A model generated the notes under the pieces. The model saw only the letters and a program-made list of their open reading frames with translations, made no database searches and had not been told where the DNA came from. Position numbers and translations under genes: made by a program. DNA of 64,000 nt from Candidatus Marinacidobacterales bacterium (GTDB taxonomy: Bacteria > Acidobacteriota > Vicinamibacteria > Marinacidobacterales > SMYC01), in contig CBDCYI010000004.1 of assembly GCA_965224085.1 (NCBI GenBank), positions 736,001 to 800,000 of the forward strand, given 5' to 3'. This document shows positions 50,383 to 61,177 of the stretch, piece after piece (the stretch's first letter is position 1; the number at the start of each line of letters is the position of its first letter).

Positions 50383-51234
50383 TCAGTCCGAGTACTCGTA
50401 GAATCCCTTCCCGCTCTTCCGGCCCAGATAACCGGCATCCACCATCTTCTTCAGTAGCGGGCACGGCCGGTACTTGGGATCGCCAATGCCGTCGTGCAGC
50501 ACTTCCATGACGCTCAAACAAACATCGAGGCCGACGAAGTCCGCGAGCGTGAGCGGCCCCATCGGGTGGTTCATGCCGAGCTTCATGACCGTATCGATCG
50601 CCTCGGGACTGGCGACGCCTTCCATATAAGCGAAGATCGCTTCGTTGATGAGCGGCATCAAGACACGGTTCGAGACGAAGCCAGGGGCGTCGTTGACCTC
50701 AACGGGTATCTTGCCGAGCTTTTTCGAAAGCTCTTCCGTCACTCGATAGGTCTCGTCCGACGTCGCCAACCCGCGAATGATCTCGACGAGCTTCATCACC
50801 GGCACGGGGTTCATGAAATGCATCCCGATGAAGCGGTCGGGGCGCGACATCATCGCCCCCAGCTTCGTGATCGAGATCGACGACGTGTTGCTCGCGAGAA
50901 TCGCCTCGGGAGCCGTGATGCGATCGAGCTCTTCGAAGATGGCCCGCTTCGCGTCGCTATTCTCGATGATGGCTTCCACGACGAACGGGGCGTCCTTGGC
51001 GGGCTCGAGCTCCGTTCCCGAGCGCACTCGAGCAAAAGCCGCTTTCGCGTCGTCGTCCGTGAGTTTTTCCTTTTTCACCAAACGCGCGAGACTTTTTTCG
51101 ATGGCGCCGCGGCCACGGTCGACAAACGCGTCTTCGACGTCGCGTAGATAAACTTCGAATCCCGATTGCGCGAAGACTTGAGCGATGCCACTTCCCATCG
51201 TGCCCGCACCCATGACGGCGATTTTTTCGATCAT
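50383..51234 (-). CDS. hbd: 3-hydroxybutyryl-CoA dehydrogenase
   Basis: [36 protein letters not shown]. Confidence 0.95.
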   Translation of the reverse strand: MIEKIAVMGAGTMGSGIAQVFAQSGFEVYLRDVEDAFVDRGRGAIEKSLARLVKKEKLTDDDAKAAFARVRSGTELEPAKDAPFVVEAIIENSDAKRAIFEELDRITAPEAILASNTSSISITKLGAMMSRPDRFIGMHFMNPVPVMKLVEIIRGLATSDETYRVTEELSKKLGKIPVEVNDAPGFVSNRVLMPLINEAIFAYMEGVASPEAIDTVMKLGMNHPMGPLTLADFVGLDVCLSVMEVLHDGIGDPKYRPCPLLKKMVDAGYLGRKSGKGFYEYSD

Positions 51235-51248
51235 TTTCTTCGACGGCC

Positions 51249-52442
51249 TCACGAAACCAGCTCGATCGCGAGAGCGACGCCGTTGCCGCCCCCGAGACAG
51301 AGCGTCGCCACACCGCGGCGGCCGCTGCGATCTTTCAACGCATGTACCAGCGTCGTGAGAACACGCGCGCCGCTCGCGCCAATCGGATGGCCGAGGGCGA
51401 CCGCGCCCCCATGAATATTCGTCTTCGCCGCATCGAGGTTGAGCTCTTTCGTGACGGCGCACGCTTGCACCGAGAAGGCTTCGTTGAGCTCGATGAGATC
51501 AACGTCATCGTTGCTCCAGCCTGTCTTCTCGAGCAGCTTTTGTACCGCCGGAACGGGTGTCATCATCACCCACTCTGGCTCGAGACCCGAAATCGCTTGG
51601 GCGACGATGCGCGCGATCGGCTTCAGACCCCGCTTTTCCACCGCCGCCGCCGAGGCGACAACGAGCGCCGCAGCGCCATCGTTCATTCCCGGCGCGTTTC
51701 CGGCTGTCACCGTGCCGGCCTTCTTGAACACGGGTTTCAGCTGCGAGAGCCCCTCCACCGTCGTATCGGCGCGGATGGGCTCATCCGTATCCATGACAAC
51801 TGGGTCGCCCTTTCGTTGCGGGACGTCTATCGGCAGAATCTCGTCCCGAAATTTCCCGGCCGCGGTCGCCTCCGCCGCGCGCCGATGGCTCTCGGCCGCG
51901 TAAGCGTCCATTTGCTCGCGCGAGACATCATATTTCTCGGCGACCATCTCGCCGGTGATGCCCATGTGAAAATCGTTGTAGATATCCCAGAGCCCATCGT
52001 GAACGACGGCGTCGACAAGCTCGCCGTGGCCAAGCCTCAAGCCTTCACGCATCCGCGGGATGAGGTAAGGGGCGTTCGACATCGACTCCATGCCACCAGC
52101 GACAACCACGTCTGCGTCGCCCGCGGCAATCGCCTGGCGTGCGAGCATGACGGCTTTTAATCCGGAACCGCAAACTTTGTTGATCGAAAGCGCCGCCACC
52201 GCTTTTGGCAATCCCGCACCGAGCGCTGCCTGGCGCGCAGGGTTTTGTCCCAGCCCGGCCGAGACGACGTTGCCCATGATGACCTCGTCGATATTGTTGG
52301 GCTCTGCTGGCTTCAGTCCCGCGCGGCTCACGGCTTCACGAATCACGAGCGCGCCGAGCTCGGTAGCCTTGAACGGCTTCAAAGCTCCCAGAAACTTGCC
52401 CGTCGGCGTCCTTACGGCGCTGACGATGAATATGTCGTCCAT
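51249..52442 (-). CDS. acetyl-CoA C-acetyltransferase (thiolase)
   Basis: [25 protein letters not shown]. Confidence 0.96.
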   Translation of the reverse strand: MDDIFIVSAVRTPTGKFLGALKPFKATELGALVIREAVSRAGLKPAEPNNIDEVIMGNVVSAGLGQNPARQAALGAGLPKAVAALSINKVCGSGLKAVMLARQAIAAGDADVVVAGGMESMSNAPYLIPRMREGLRLGHGELVDAVVHDGLWDIYNDFHMGITGEMVAEKYDVSREQMDAYAAESHRRAAEATAAGKFRDEILPIDVPQRKGDPVVMDTDEPIRADTTVEGLSQLKPVFKKAGTVTAGNAPGMNDGAAALVVASAAAVEKRGLKPIARIVAQAISGLEPEWVMMTPVPAVQKLLEKTGWSNDDVDLIELNEAFSVQACAVTKELNLDAAKTNIHGGAVALGHPIGASGARVLTTLVHALKDRSGRRGVATLCLGGGNGVALAIELVS

Positions 52443-52446
52443 CGAA

Positions 52447-52917
52447 TTAGGTTCTCCTACGCTGCCCCTTCGCTTTCAAATACCGCGCCGCGCTTTGCAA
52501 CACGAGCTCGCGCAGGTTGGGGTCTTCGATCCCAGATGCCAAAGCACAGAGCTCTGCGGGCGGCACGAGATGCGCGCGCTCACCTACGTCCTCCACCACA
52601 GTCTCAGGCAGACCGTGCAAACGACTTCTTTTGGTAAAGTTGATCCGCCGCACCAAAGTCATCCCCAGCGCGCGGTTGAGCTTCGGCATGATGCGATTTT
52701 GCAAGCGATAGATCATTTTGCCCCAAACGACGTCGGTGACGCGCACTGTCAAGACGCCTTGGCTCAGTGCTTCCGGCTCGGAGCGCCGCGCGAACTCAAG
52801 GCCGACGACATCCACCCATCGTCGAGCTACGAACTCTACCGAATAAACGCGCTCTTTCGCTACTTTCGGCAACGCGTGGCTAAGAACATCCTTGAGCGAA
52901 GCATGTTCTCGGCGCAC
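52447..52917 (-). CDS. DUF721/DciA family protein
   Basis: RWVDVVG..A..S.P..L..GVLTVRV...VW. Confidence 0.8.
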   Translation of the reverse strand: MRREHASLKDVLSHALPKVAKERVYSVEFVARRWVDVVGLEFARRSEPEALSQGVLTVRVTDVVWGKMIYRLQNRIMPKLNRALGMTLVRRINFTKRSRLHGLPETVVEDVGERAHLVPPAELCALASGIEDPNLRELVLQSAARYLKAKGQRRRT

Positions 52918-52937
52918 GTTGTTATTATGTCACGAGC

Positions 52938-54326
52938 ATGATCGCCGCGATGATCCTCGCCGCTGGTGAATCGCGGCGTATGGGCTCACCGAAAGCCCTG
53001 CTTCCTTTCCCCGAGCCCGCTGGCACGGAAAACACGTTTCTTGGCCACTTGCTCCAGGTTTTTGGCGCGACGCGTGCGAAGCCCATCATCGTGGTGGTTG
53101 GCCACCACGCGGAGAAGCTTCGTCGTGAATTCGACTTCAGCAACGCTCGCGTCGTCGTGAACGAAAGCTATCGCGACGGCATGCTGTCTTCCATTCTTGC
53201 CGGGCTCGAAGCCTTGTCGGGCGAGCCCGTCGACGGTGCGCTCATCTGTCCCGTCGACCATCCCGATGTCAGCCCTGCGGTCGTCGGCACGCTCATCGCT
53301 CGCTTCGAGCGTGAGCGGCCTCCCATCGTCCTCCCAACGTTCCAGGGACGCCGCGGACACCCCGTGTTGTTCTCGAGCGCCGTTTTCTCGGAGCTTCACG
53401 CCGCCCCCAAGGGGGTTGGCGCGCGCCGAGTCGTGTGGGATCATCAAGAGGATCTCGTAGAAGTGGAAGTTTCGCACGGGGGCGTGACGATCGATGTCGA
53501 CACGCCGGGGGACTACCGTGCTTTCCGAAAGATATCGGTGGTGGACACACTCTCGCAATTGACATTGAGCCTTTCGAAAGAGCTCGAGCGGCTCGAAGTG
53601 CGTGGCGCGCGCTCGCTCGCCGCCGCGGATCGCGAGCGTGATCGCGCGCTTCTCGAAAGTCCCGCCAAGAGCGTTTTGACTCGCTACCACCGAGGTCTCG
53701 AAAAGGCGAAGGTCGCCCATTTGCGCGCCATCGACGACGCGGAAGCCGTGCGGGGGCAGGAGATCGTGGCCGCCGAAGAAAAGCGGCGGCGTGACGCGCT
53801 TCGCGAGGAGCGGAAGTTTCGCGACGCGCGGCGAAAAGCGGACATCAAGAAGCGCGAGGCGACGCAAAAAGCGCGCAAGACGTGGCGCGAAGCTGTCAAG
53901 AACGCACGTAAGAGCCGTCTCGCACAACGTCGCCAGATGCGAAAAGCCGCCGACGAGGCGCTCGAAAAAGCGCTCGACGAGGTGCGCGAGAATTACAACG
54001 AGTCCATCGAGGACGCTCGCCTCGCCCACCGCGCGGCGCTCCAAGACGACCTCGTCGACGAACGGCTCGCCGTCGAAAAGGCCCGCCGGAAATCCGAGCG
54101 GCTCATCACCGGCGCCGCCATCGCCCATGAGCGCGCGGTGGCGCAAGAAGAAGCCCGGCTGCGAAGCGAGCTCGTCCGCCACCCCGAAGCGCGGCTCACG
54201 CAGGAAGAGCACGATCGACGTGTCCACGAGCTGCGTCAAGCATCCGACGCGGAGAAGGAATCGCTCTTCCGCGCGTTCACGCGCGAGCGCCGCCAGCAGA
54301 GAACGACACGCCGCCGAAAAAAATAG
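52938..54326 (+). CDS. MocA/MobA-like nucleotidyltransferase fused to a long coiled-coil region
   Basis: ILAAGESRRMGSPKALL, GMLSS, PVDHP, GRRGHPVLF, DVDTPGDY, then ~260 aa of R/E/A-rich helix. Confidence 0.8.
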   Translation: MIAAMILAAGESRRMGSPKALLPFPEPAGTENTFLGHLLQVFGATRAKPIIVVVGHHAEKLRREFDFSNARVVVNESYRDGMLSSILAGLEALSGEPVDGALICPVDHPDVSPAVVGTLIARFERERPPIVLPTFQGRRGHPVLFSSAVFSELHAAPKGVGARRVVWDHQEDLVEVEVSHGGVTIDVDTPGDYRAFRKISVVDTLSQLTLSLSKELERLEVRGARSLAAADRERDRALLESPAKSVLTRYHRGLEKAKVAHLRAIDDAEAVRGQEIVAAEEKRRRDALREERKFRDARRKADIKKREATQKARKTWREAVKNARKSRLAQRRQMRKAADEALEKALDEVRENYNESIEDARLAHRAALQDDLVDERLAVEKARRKSERLITGAAIAHERAVAQEEARLRSELVRHPEARLTQEEHDRRVHELRQASDAEKESLFRAFTRERRQQRTTRRRKK

Positions 54327-54361
54327 ATCACCGTGCGCGAGCGCGATAGGATTGCGCGCTC

Positions 54362-54946
54362 ATGAAACCTACGCCCGTGATCCTCGCCTCGTCGTCGCCA
54401 CGCCGCGCTTCTTTGTTGAAAGCGCTCGGTATCCCGTTCCGACGTGTCGCGCCCGATGTGAACGAGACGCGCCGGCCCGGTGAATCCGTGCGCCGCTACG
54501 TACAGCGGCTCGCTATCGAGAAAGCGCTCGCCGTAGCGAAAACACGCCCCCACTCTTGGGTCATCGCCGGCGACACGACCGTCGTCCTCGACGAATCGCT
54601 GCTCGGGAAACCGCGCAACGAGCGCGAAGCCCGAAAGATGCTCCGTCAACTCTCCGGCCGCAGTCATCGTGTTCTGAGCGGTATCGCGCTCGTTCGCGGC
54701 GATCGCGATTCGATCCAAAGCGCGATCTCGTCGACGCGGGTCACGTTTCGCCCGTTATCGGACGACGTGATCCGCTGGTATGTGCGCACCGGCGAGCCTC
54801 TCGACAAAGCGGGTGCCTACGGCGTGCAAGAAAAAGGCGGGATGCTCATAGCGAGCATCGACGGCTCTTACTCGAACGTCGTCGGCTTTCCGCTCGAGAA
54901 GTTCTACGACCTCTGGGAAGCGGCAGGCTTGCCGCTTCCCGCCTGA
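54362..54946 (+). CDS. maf: Maf family nucleotide pyrophosphatase
   Basis: ILASSSPRR, GDTTV, LGKP, EPLDKAGAYGVQ, GSYSNVVGFP. Confidence 0.95.
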   Translation: MKPTPVILASSSPRRASLLKALGIPFRRVAPDVNETRRPGESVRRYVQRLAIEKALAVAKTRPHSWVIAGDTTVVLDESLLGKPRNEREARKMLRQLSGRSHRVLSGIALVRGDRDSIQSAISSTRVTFRPLSDDVIRWYVRTGEPLDKAGAYGVQEKGGMLIASIDGSYSNVVGFPLEKFYDLWEAAGLPLPA

Positions 54947-55533
54947 GGCACCCAGTTCAATAACTCTAGCCGCGGCCCGCGCCGGCTGAAACGGATCCAG
55001 CTTATCGAGCCGTTGTCACAGGCGAGGCGTCGAAAGCTAGCGAGCTCCAGTTCTAAATAGTGCGCGATGAGCACGCGCAGCGGATCGCCATGCGAGACGA
55101 TCATGAGCGTTTGCTCTGTTCTCGTTTCGAAAAGACGTTCGGCCGCTGCGGCGCTTCGGTTTTGTACCTCAGCGATGGGCTCGATGAGCTCAGAGCGGTG
55201 GGTCGGGTCCTCGATCACGCGTTCGAGCTCGCTATCCCCCCGGAGCTCTACGACGGTCTTGCCTTTCCATGCATCCGAAAGCCACACTTCGTCGAAGCCG
55301 GGCTCAACGAGGACAGAAAGCCCGCGTGGCGCCGCGATAGGCTCGGCGGTCTGCCTAGCTCTCGGTTGCGGGCTCGAATAAACGGCGTCGATCGAGACGT
55401 GTGCCAACGCTTCCGCAACGCACTCTGCTTGCACACGTCCACGCGCGTTGATGTCGAGATCGACGCGCCCCATGAGACGGCCGTCCTCGTTCCAATCCGT
55501 GACACCGTAGCGGACAAGAACGAGGCTCTTCAT
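54904..55533 (-). CDS. histidine phosphatase family protein (RHG motif reads RYG)
   Basis: LVRYGVTDWN, YSSP..RARQTA, VSHGD. Confidence 0.85.
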   Translation of the reverse strand: MKSLVLVRYGVTDWNEDGRLMGRVDLDINARGRVQAECVAEALAHVSIDAVYSSPQPRARQTAEPIAAPRGLSVLVEPGFDEVWLSDAWKGKTVVELRGDSELERVIEDPTHRSELIEPIAEVQNRSAAAAERLFETRTEQTLMIVSHGDPLRVLIAHYLELELASFRRLACDNGSISWIRFSRRGPRLELLNWVPQAGSGKPAASQRS

Positions 55534-55744
55534 GGCTCAAAGTCTGAAAAAGCGCTCGTTGCCTTCATCGCCAGTGAGCCGCAAAGGCCCACGCCCGTTA
55601 ACGTCCACAACGAAAATATCCTACTGCTCCCACTGCTCAGTGCCGCCGTGAACGACGGTCGAGGCCATCGCGAGCAATAATCCGTCGGAGGAGAACAAAG
55701 GGCGATGGCAAGGGCGAGAGAGGACGCTCGAGCTCCGATCGCGA

Positions 55745-56557
55745 TCAGTCCCTGAGCTCAGTGGAGAGAACGCTGAGCTGAAACAGCTCGAGGTTTCTCA
55801 TGGACTTCTTGAAAAAGCCCGCATATTCGAGCGCGGACGCATCCTGTTGGACCATGACAACCGCTTCCCTCCCGTCGCTGACGTCGACCGAGAACGATCG
55901 CGAAACGACGTCGACCCAGCGCTCGAACGATCGGTCACCTTCATTGACCTCGTAGAGCATTCGAATGAGCTCGCGTTCCGAGCTCGCCGAGGGCGGCAAA
56001 TCGATACGGAGCGACACCTCCCCTTCCTCGGCTTCGAGAACGGAGCACTGGAAGCCATCCAGAGTCTCGACGAGCAGAGCGTCGGTCGGGGAGAACGTGA
56101 ACGAGTTGTAGAGCGTACCGCCATCCACCGTGTCGGGCTTCTCGTCGTCGAACGTGCATGCGCGGGCGTTGCCGATATGGATCCTCAACCTTATTCTCGT
56201 ATCCGTCGCGTTGTCGCTTCCGGTCTCGAACGCGTACCAGAACGAGCGACCGCTCAGACGGAGTGAGATGACGCGGCCATCACGCACAATGGTCTCTGCG
56301 GGTGCAGCGTCCGGCTGCACGTTTCCCGAGACTTCCGTCCCCGTCGCCCCGGCATCCTCGTAGTCGATGCGCTGGATGTCCTTTTTCGAGATGACGAGCT
56401 CGCCGTAGGCGGTCTCGAGCGTGATGACCATGTTGTTCGCCGCCACGAGCTCACCATGCAAGACGTCTCCGTTGTTCAGATAGACGACCTCGGCCGGCGA
56501 GAGGGCGGAGGCGGCCAAGATCAACACGATCCAGTACGCCCCGCGTATTCTTGACAT
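55745..56557 (-). CDS. hypothetical exported protein
   Basis: Signal peptide, EVVYLNNGDVLHG. Confidence 0.75.
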   Translation of the reverse strand: MSRIRGAYWIVLILAASALSPAEVVYLNNGDVLHGELVAANNMVITLETAYGELVISKKDIQRIDYEDAGATGTEVSGNVQPDAAPAETIVRDGRVISLRLSGRSFWYAFETGSDNATDTRIRLRIHIGNARACTFDDEKPDTVDGGTLYNSFTFSPTDALLVETLDGFQCSVLEAEEGEVSLRIDLPPSASSERELIRMLYEVNEGDRSFERWVDVVSRSFSVDVSDGREAVVMVQQDASALEYAGFFKKSMRNLELFQLSVLSTELRD

Positions 56558-56610
56558 AGTTTTTCTTTGTCGCCGAAAAACGCATTATAGCCCGTGGTAG
56601 CCTTCTGGAC

Positions 56611-57278
56611 ATGTACCGCGACCTCCAAACCATGGCGCTAACGGCCGGATATTTCGCTGTCCTGCTCGTGCTGGTAGAGACCTTGCGTCGTCGCGTCCAT
56701 GTCGCGTCGGACGTCACGCGCAAGATCTTCCTCATGGGGACCGGGGCTTGGGCGCTCGTCGCCGTACGTGTGTTCGAAGATAAAGGCTCCGCCGTGCTCG
56801 TGTATGCGGCGCTCGCAGTACTTCTCTATCTCTCGTTTCGTTTCGAGCTCTTCGCTGGTATCGAGGATTCTGGTCCGAGCCTCGGCACCGTCTTTCTAGC
56901 GCTGGCGGCTGCGTCGCTCCTGCTTTGTTCTGGGGTGGGCGCATCGAGATAGGCGTCGCCGCCGTCGTTGCCGCTGTTTTTGGAGACGCGGCGGCGGCGC
57001 TCGTGGGGAGGCGCTTTGGGACGCGGAAATTCCGCTCCTTCGCTCACATGCGGAGCATGGAAGGCACGCTCGCGATGTTCCTCGTCTCCGGTCTCGTAAT
57101 GGCCCCGATTCTCGCGGGCTCGGGCGGGCTCGGCTGGCACCAGGCCGTCGCATTCTCTCTCATCACCGCCACCGTGGCGGCTTCGGTCGAGGCCGGCTCG
57201 GCCTACGGAGTGGACAATCTGACGGTGCCGCTCGCGGCCGCGGCCACCCTCGTTCTCCTGTTTCGGTTCACTCAGTAA
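56611..57278 (+). CDS. phytol/dolichol kinase-like (CTP_transf) membrane protein, frameshifted near 56925
   Basis: VTRK, FGDAAAALVGRRFG, RSMEGT, GVDNLTVP in two frames. Confidence 0.8.
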
Positions 57279-57490
57279 CGCTCGACAGCAATACTTTCTG
57301 GCTCCGCCGCGATCGGCTCCGCCGCGAGAAGGACCGTCCCGTTGATGGGCAAGAAGGCCTCGAACAAGCGCTCTTTCACTTCGAGCGCAATCTCGTAATA
57401 GCCGCTTTCATGAACTTGAACGAGCTTGCCCTTCGCCCCTTTGACTCCGAGCGCTTCATTGTAAACCCGTACATGACTTTGAAGGTCCAT
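57272..57490 (-). CDS. small hypothetical protein
   Basis: AAGGGA RBS, 72 aa, downstream of lat. Confidence 0.7.
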   Translation of the reverse strand: MDLQSHVRVYNEALGVKGAKGKLVQVHESGYYEIALEVKERLFEAFLPINGTVLLAAEPIAAEPESIAVERY

Positions 57491-57561
57491 GACGTCCCTT
57501 TCGCGTAAGCTAACTACTCAATGGGCTTTATCCGTCATTTTAGGCAACGCCTCGGGACCCG

Positions 57562-58885
57562 TCAACCGAGCTGCGCGAGTATCTTCTCCACGATGGTGAG
57601 CCCCTGGTCGATGTCTTCTTTCGAGACGGTCAAAGCGGGCCGGAAGCGCACCGAGCATGTCCCGCAGCCGAGCAGAAGCAGACCATGGTCGAAGGCGAGC
57701 TTCAAGAAACGATTACGCACGTCGCCGCTCTTGAGATCGAAAGCACACATGAGGCCGCGGCCGCGGACGTTTACGACCTGCCCGCTTCGCTCGGCCGCGC
57801 AGGCATGGAGCTTGTCGAGCAGATAGCCTCCGACGTCGCGCGCGTTGTCAACAAGGCTGTCTTGCTCGATGATCTCGAGGTAGCGGCCGAACCGCACCAT
57901 GTCGACGAGATTGCCACCCCACGTCGAGTTGATGCGCGTCGATTCGGAGAATACGTTGTGCTCCACTTCGTCGATCCGGGAGCCGGCAAGAATCCCGCAC
58001 ACTTGGGTTTTCTTGCCGAAGCAAAGGATATCGGGCTCGAACCCATAATGCTGATAGGCCCACATTTTCCCCGTGAGGCCGACGCCCGTCTGCACTTCAT
58101 CGACGATGAACAGAAATTCGTTTTCGTCGGCGAGCTCGCGAAGCGTGTGAAAAAACTCAGGACGGAAATGACCGTCGCCGCCCTCGCCTTGAATCGGCTC
58201 GATGATGAGCCCGGCAATGTCGTCAGGGTTTTCGACAAGGGCCTGCTTGATTTGCTCGATGGCCTTTTTCTCTGCCGCGGCGACGGCCTCTACATGGTCC
58301 GCGAGCGGGAACGTGATCTTGGGGTTTTTGATGCGCGGCCAGTCGAACTTCGGGAAATACAGGGTCTTGCGCGGATCGGCTGTGTTCGTCAACGAAAGCG
58401 AATAGCCCGTGCGCCCGTGAAAGGCTTCTTGGAAGTGGAGGATCTTCTGGCCTTTATCACCCGAGACGCCGTTTTTCGCGTTGAAGCGCACTTTCCAGTC
58501 GAACGCGGTTTTGAGAGCGTTCTCTACAGCAACCGAGCCCCCCCGCAACCATGAACAGACGTGGTAGGGAATCCGGAATGGCCACCCGAGCGAACGTGTC
58601 GACGAACTCTGCCATCGGGATCGTGTAGATGTCGGAGTTGCTCGGATTGTGAATCGCCACCTCCGCCATCCGTTTCATGAAGTCCGGCTCACGCATCTTG
58701 GGATGGTTGATGCCGACCGGGTTCGTTGCCAAGAAAGAGAAGAAATCCAAGAAACGGCGGCCTGCGCGGCTGTCGTAGATATACGAGCCTTGACTTCGCT
58801 CCAGGTCGAAGACGAGGTCGAATCCATCGACCAGCATGTGCTTTTCGAGCGTACCGCGTACATCGGTGGGCTTCATCGTCAACAT
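57562..58885 (-). CDS. lat: L-lysine 6-transaminase, frameshifted at the C7 run 58538-58544
   Basis: HMLVDGFDLVFDL, NPSNSDIYT, AVENALKTAFDWK, AFHGRTGY, EPIQGEGG, DEVQTG, FGKK, INSTWGG. Confidence 0.92.
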
Positions 58886-59172
58886 CGGTGTCTCCTCTTA
58901 TTCGTGGGGATTTGCCGCACGCGAATCGAGCCTGTCAAAATCTCAGTAGCGCTCGGGCAATGATGTTCCGGAGTCGCTAGGTACCCCGATCGAAGGCTCT
59001 ACGTCGCCCCGTAGAGGTAGATCTGAAACATGACCCGATTATGCTGCTTCGTCATGGCTTGGGTTATTTTAGCATTTCCCGTGGCCCCGCCGCCCGGGGC
59101 TCTCGCTTTTGCGTCCGCAGCGCGGCATCGATATAATCCTGGGTTCTCTACGTTTTGCATGCCTTGGAGCGT

Positions 59173-60186
59173 ATGACCGCGGCCAATTTTAGCGAGCTGG
59201 ACGACATTGGCTTTCTCCGCGAGACCGCTCTGTTTCGGGACATGCCGGAATCTGTGATCCAGACGATCATGACGCAGGGCCGAACGCTCGAGTTCGGCAC
59301 CGGGCAGCTCGTCGTTAAACAGAAGACCCGGGGCGATAGCCTATTTGTCGTGAAATCGGGCGTGGTCGAGGTCGTTAATCCGGGGGAAGGCCCTCCCCTC
59401 GCTTATCTCGGGCGCGGGGAGAGCTTTGGCGAAATGGCGCTGCTAACGGACTCCGAAAGGAGCGCAGATGTTCGGGTGCCCCAGCAAGCCGAGCTTCTGG
59501 TCATCGATCGCGCGTTGTTCGACGACCTGATGACGAACTACTCGGGCTTTGCGGCGCAAATGGCCGTCATCCTCGCGCATCGGCTCGTCGCGGTCTTGGA
59601 GGACCTTCCCGAGCGCGACGTGAAGCGAGAGCTTCAGGGTGATCTCACCTTTTTCGACCTCGCTACGGTCGTGCAAACGCTCATCAGTTCTTCGCAGTCG
59701 GGCGTCATGACCCTTTCGGTCGATAAGGCGATGGTCGCGCAGCTTTTCTTCCGGAGCGGCAATATCTCTCGCGCGTATTACGGACACCGTCGCGGAGACG
59801 AAGCCGTGCACCATCTCTTCCAGGCGCTCCCCGGCGGCCACTTTTTGTTCGAGAACAGAGTCGACGACTCGGTTGTGGACGGACCCGATCCTGGAATCAC
59901 CGTGCCCGCCATGGCTTTGATGATGGACTCGGTGCGGCTCCAAGACGAGCTCAAGATCCTTCTCGAGGAATTGCCCGCCGACAAAACGCTTCTCGAGCGC
60001 AACGTGGATAAACTTGTCTGGGGCGAGGCCGAAGGCCAGGCGGACGCACACCAGGTCTGGGGGTGTCTACACGCGCCGATGACCGTAGGCGAGCTGTTCG
60101 ATCGCTCGCACGCATGCCATTTCCACACGGCGAGCATTATCGCCGCCTTGCTTCAGACGGAGCAGATCAGGCCCGTTTTGGGCTGA
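59173..60186 (+). CDS. cyclic nucleotide-binding domain plus DUF4388 protein
   Basis: FGEMALL...RSADV; LQGDL..FDL..VVQ.L..SG. Confidence 0.85.
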   Translation: MTAANFSELDDIGFLRETALFRDMPESVIQTIMTQGRTLEFGTGQLVVKQKTRGDSLFVVKSGVVEVVNPGEGPPLAYLGRGESFGEMALLTDSERSADVRVPQQAELLVIDRALFDDLMTNYSGFAAQMAVILAHRLVAVLEDLPERDVKRELQGDLTFFDLATVVQTLISSSQSGVMTLSVDKAMVAQLFFRSGNISRAYYGHRRGDEAVHHLFQALPGGHFLFENRVDDSVVDGPDPGITVPAMALMMDSVRLQDELKILLEELPADKTLLERNVDKLVWGEAEGQADAHQVWGCLHAPMTVGELFDRSHACHFHTASIIAALLQTEQIRPVLG

Positions 60187-60207
60187 CGATTCGGGAGGCC
60201 TCCTCGT

Positions 60208-61104
60208 ATGAACTCGAAGCTCATCGGCACGCTTGGTTGCGCGCTCGTCATCCTCAGTCTCAGCGGCCCCGTCACCACCCCAACCGCACACGGCGCGAAC
60301 GTCCCCAATAATCTTGTCGTGGACTTTAGGCTGTTCGAAGCTCGCAGCACTTCACCCGATTTTAAAACGATGGAGTCGCTCGCCTTTTTCATCGATACCG
60401 ATGGGGCGGGGGTGACGGATCGCCAGTGGCTCGCGACCATCGCGGGCAAAGTTCCCGACTCTTTTCTCGCGACCCTGATGACGGAAACGGTAAAGGTCAA
60501 AGGTGGCGCGGCTCTTTTCAAAGTGGACAAGAGGTCCCGCAGCTTCGAGACACGCGTCGACCTTAGCGAGTTTCTCGAGCGCGGCACGTTCGACGCTACC
60601 GCGACCGGCGAGCTCAAGCGTCGGAACGAATCGGAGCGCTCGTTCGAGCAGACGATCGAGCTCCGCGCTGGCAGGACGTCCGTCGTGAGCGGACGCGGCT
60701 TCGAGCTTTCCGCGAGCGAGTACTTGTCGCACTTTCGCGATTACAGCGACGGCGACAATCGGCGCAACGTCTATGACCGGCTTCGAAACTTCGGCGTCTT
60801 TCTGATCTTGGCGGTGACACTGCGCCTCGAAGAGGAGCCAGGGGGCGAGGCTCCCATCACGCTGTCGCTTCCACCCGATGTCGAGTTGCCCGTTCTCGAG
60901 AGCCCTCTCGACGTCCGCCTCGTCGGCACGGTCGAGCTCGAGCTCGATATCGATGCGAGCGGGGCGCCCGAGGACGTCAAGATCGTGCGCTCCTCCATTC
61001 CAGAAGTGAATCCGCGCCTTCTGGGCGAAGCCTCCAAGTGGCGATTTCCGAACGCGGCGGGCGCGACCGGAAGAATCGTTCTCGAGCTCGTCGCCGAGCC
61101 CTAG
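60208..61104 (+). CDS. exported hypothetical protein with a TonB-C-like C-terminus
   Basis: Signal peptide; GTVELELDIDASG....VKIVRSS..KWRF. Confidence 0.65.
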   Translation: MNSKLIGTLGCALVILSLSGPVTTPTAHGANVPNNLVVDFRLFEARSTSPDFKTMESLAFFIDTDGAGVTDRQWLATIAGKVPDSFLATLMTETVKVKGGAALFKVDKRSRSFETRVDLSEFLERGTFDATATGELKRRNESERSFEQTIELRAGRTSVVSGRGFELSASEYLSHFRDYSDGDNRRNVYDRLRNFGVFLILAVTLRLEEEPGGEAPITLSLPPDVELPVLESPLDVRLVGTVELELDIDASGAPEDVKIVRSSIPEVNPRLLGEASKWRFPNAAGATGRIVLELVAEP

Positions 61105-61177
61105 AGCGCTCAATCACCGTTTTACTGGCCTTCGCTTGTGGGCGCTTTCGCGTCATGCTATTTTCCGCTTAACTCTC

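Noticed and set aside
52986-54239. Long antisense ORFs (also 13314-14489, 25085-26053, 32328-33509)
   Set aside because: They are shadows of well-supported genes on the opposite strand in high-GC DNA, with no motifs
58538-58544. Programmed frameshift or phase variation in lat
   Set aside because: A 7-nt run in a metabolic gene is better explained by sequencing error or ordinary slippage
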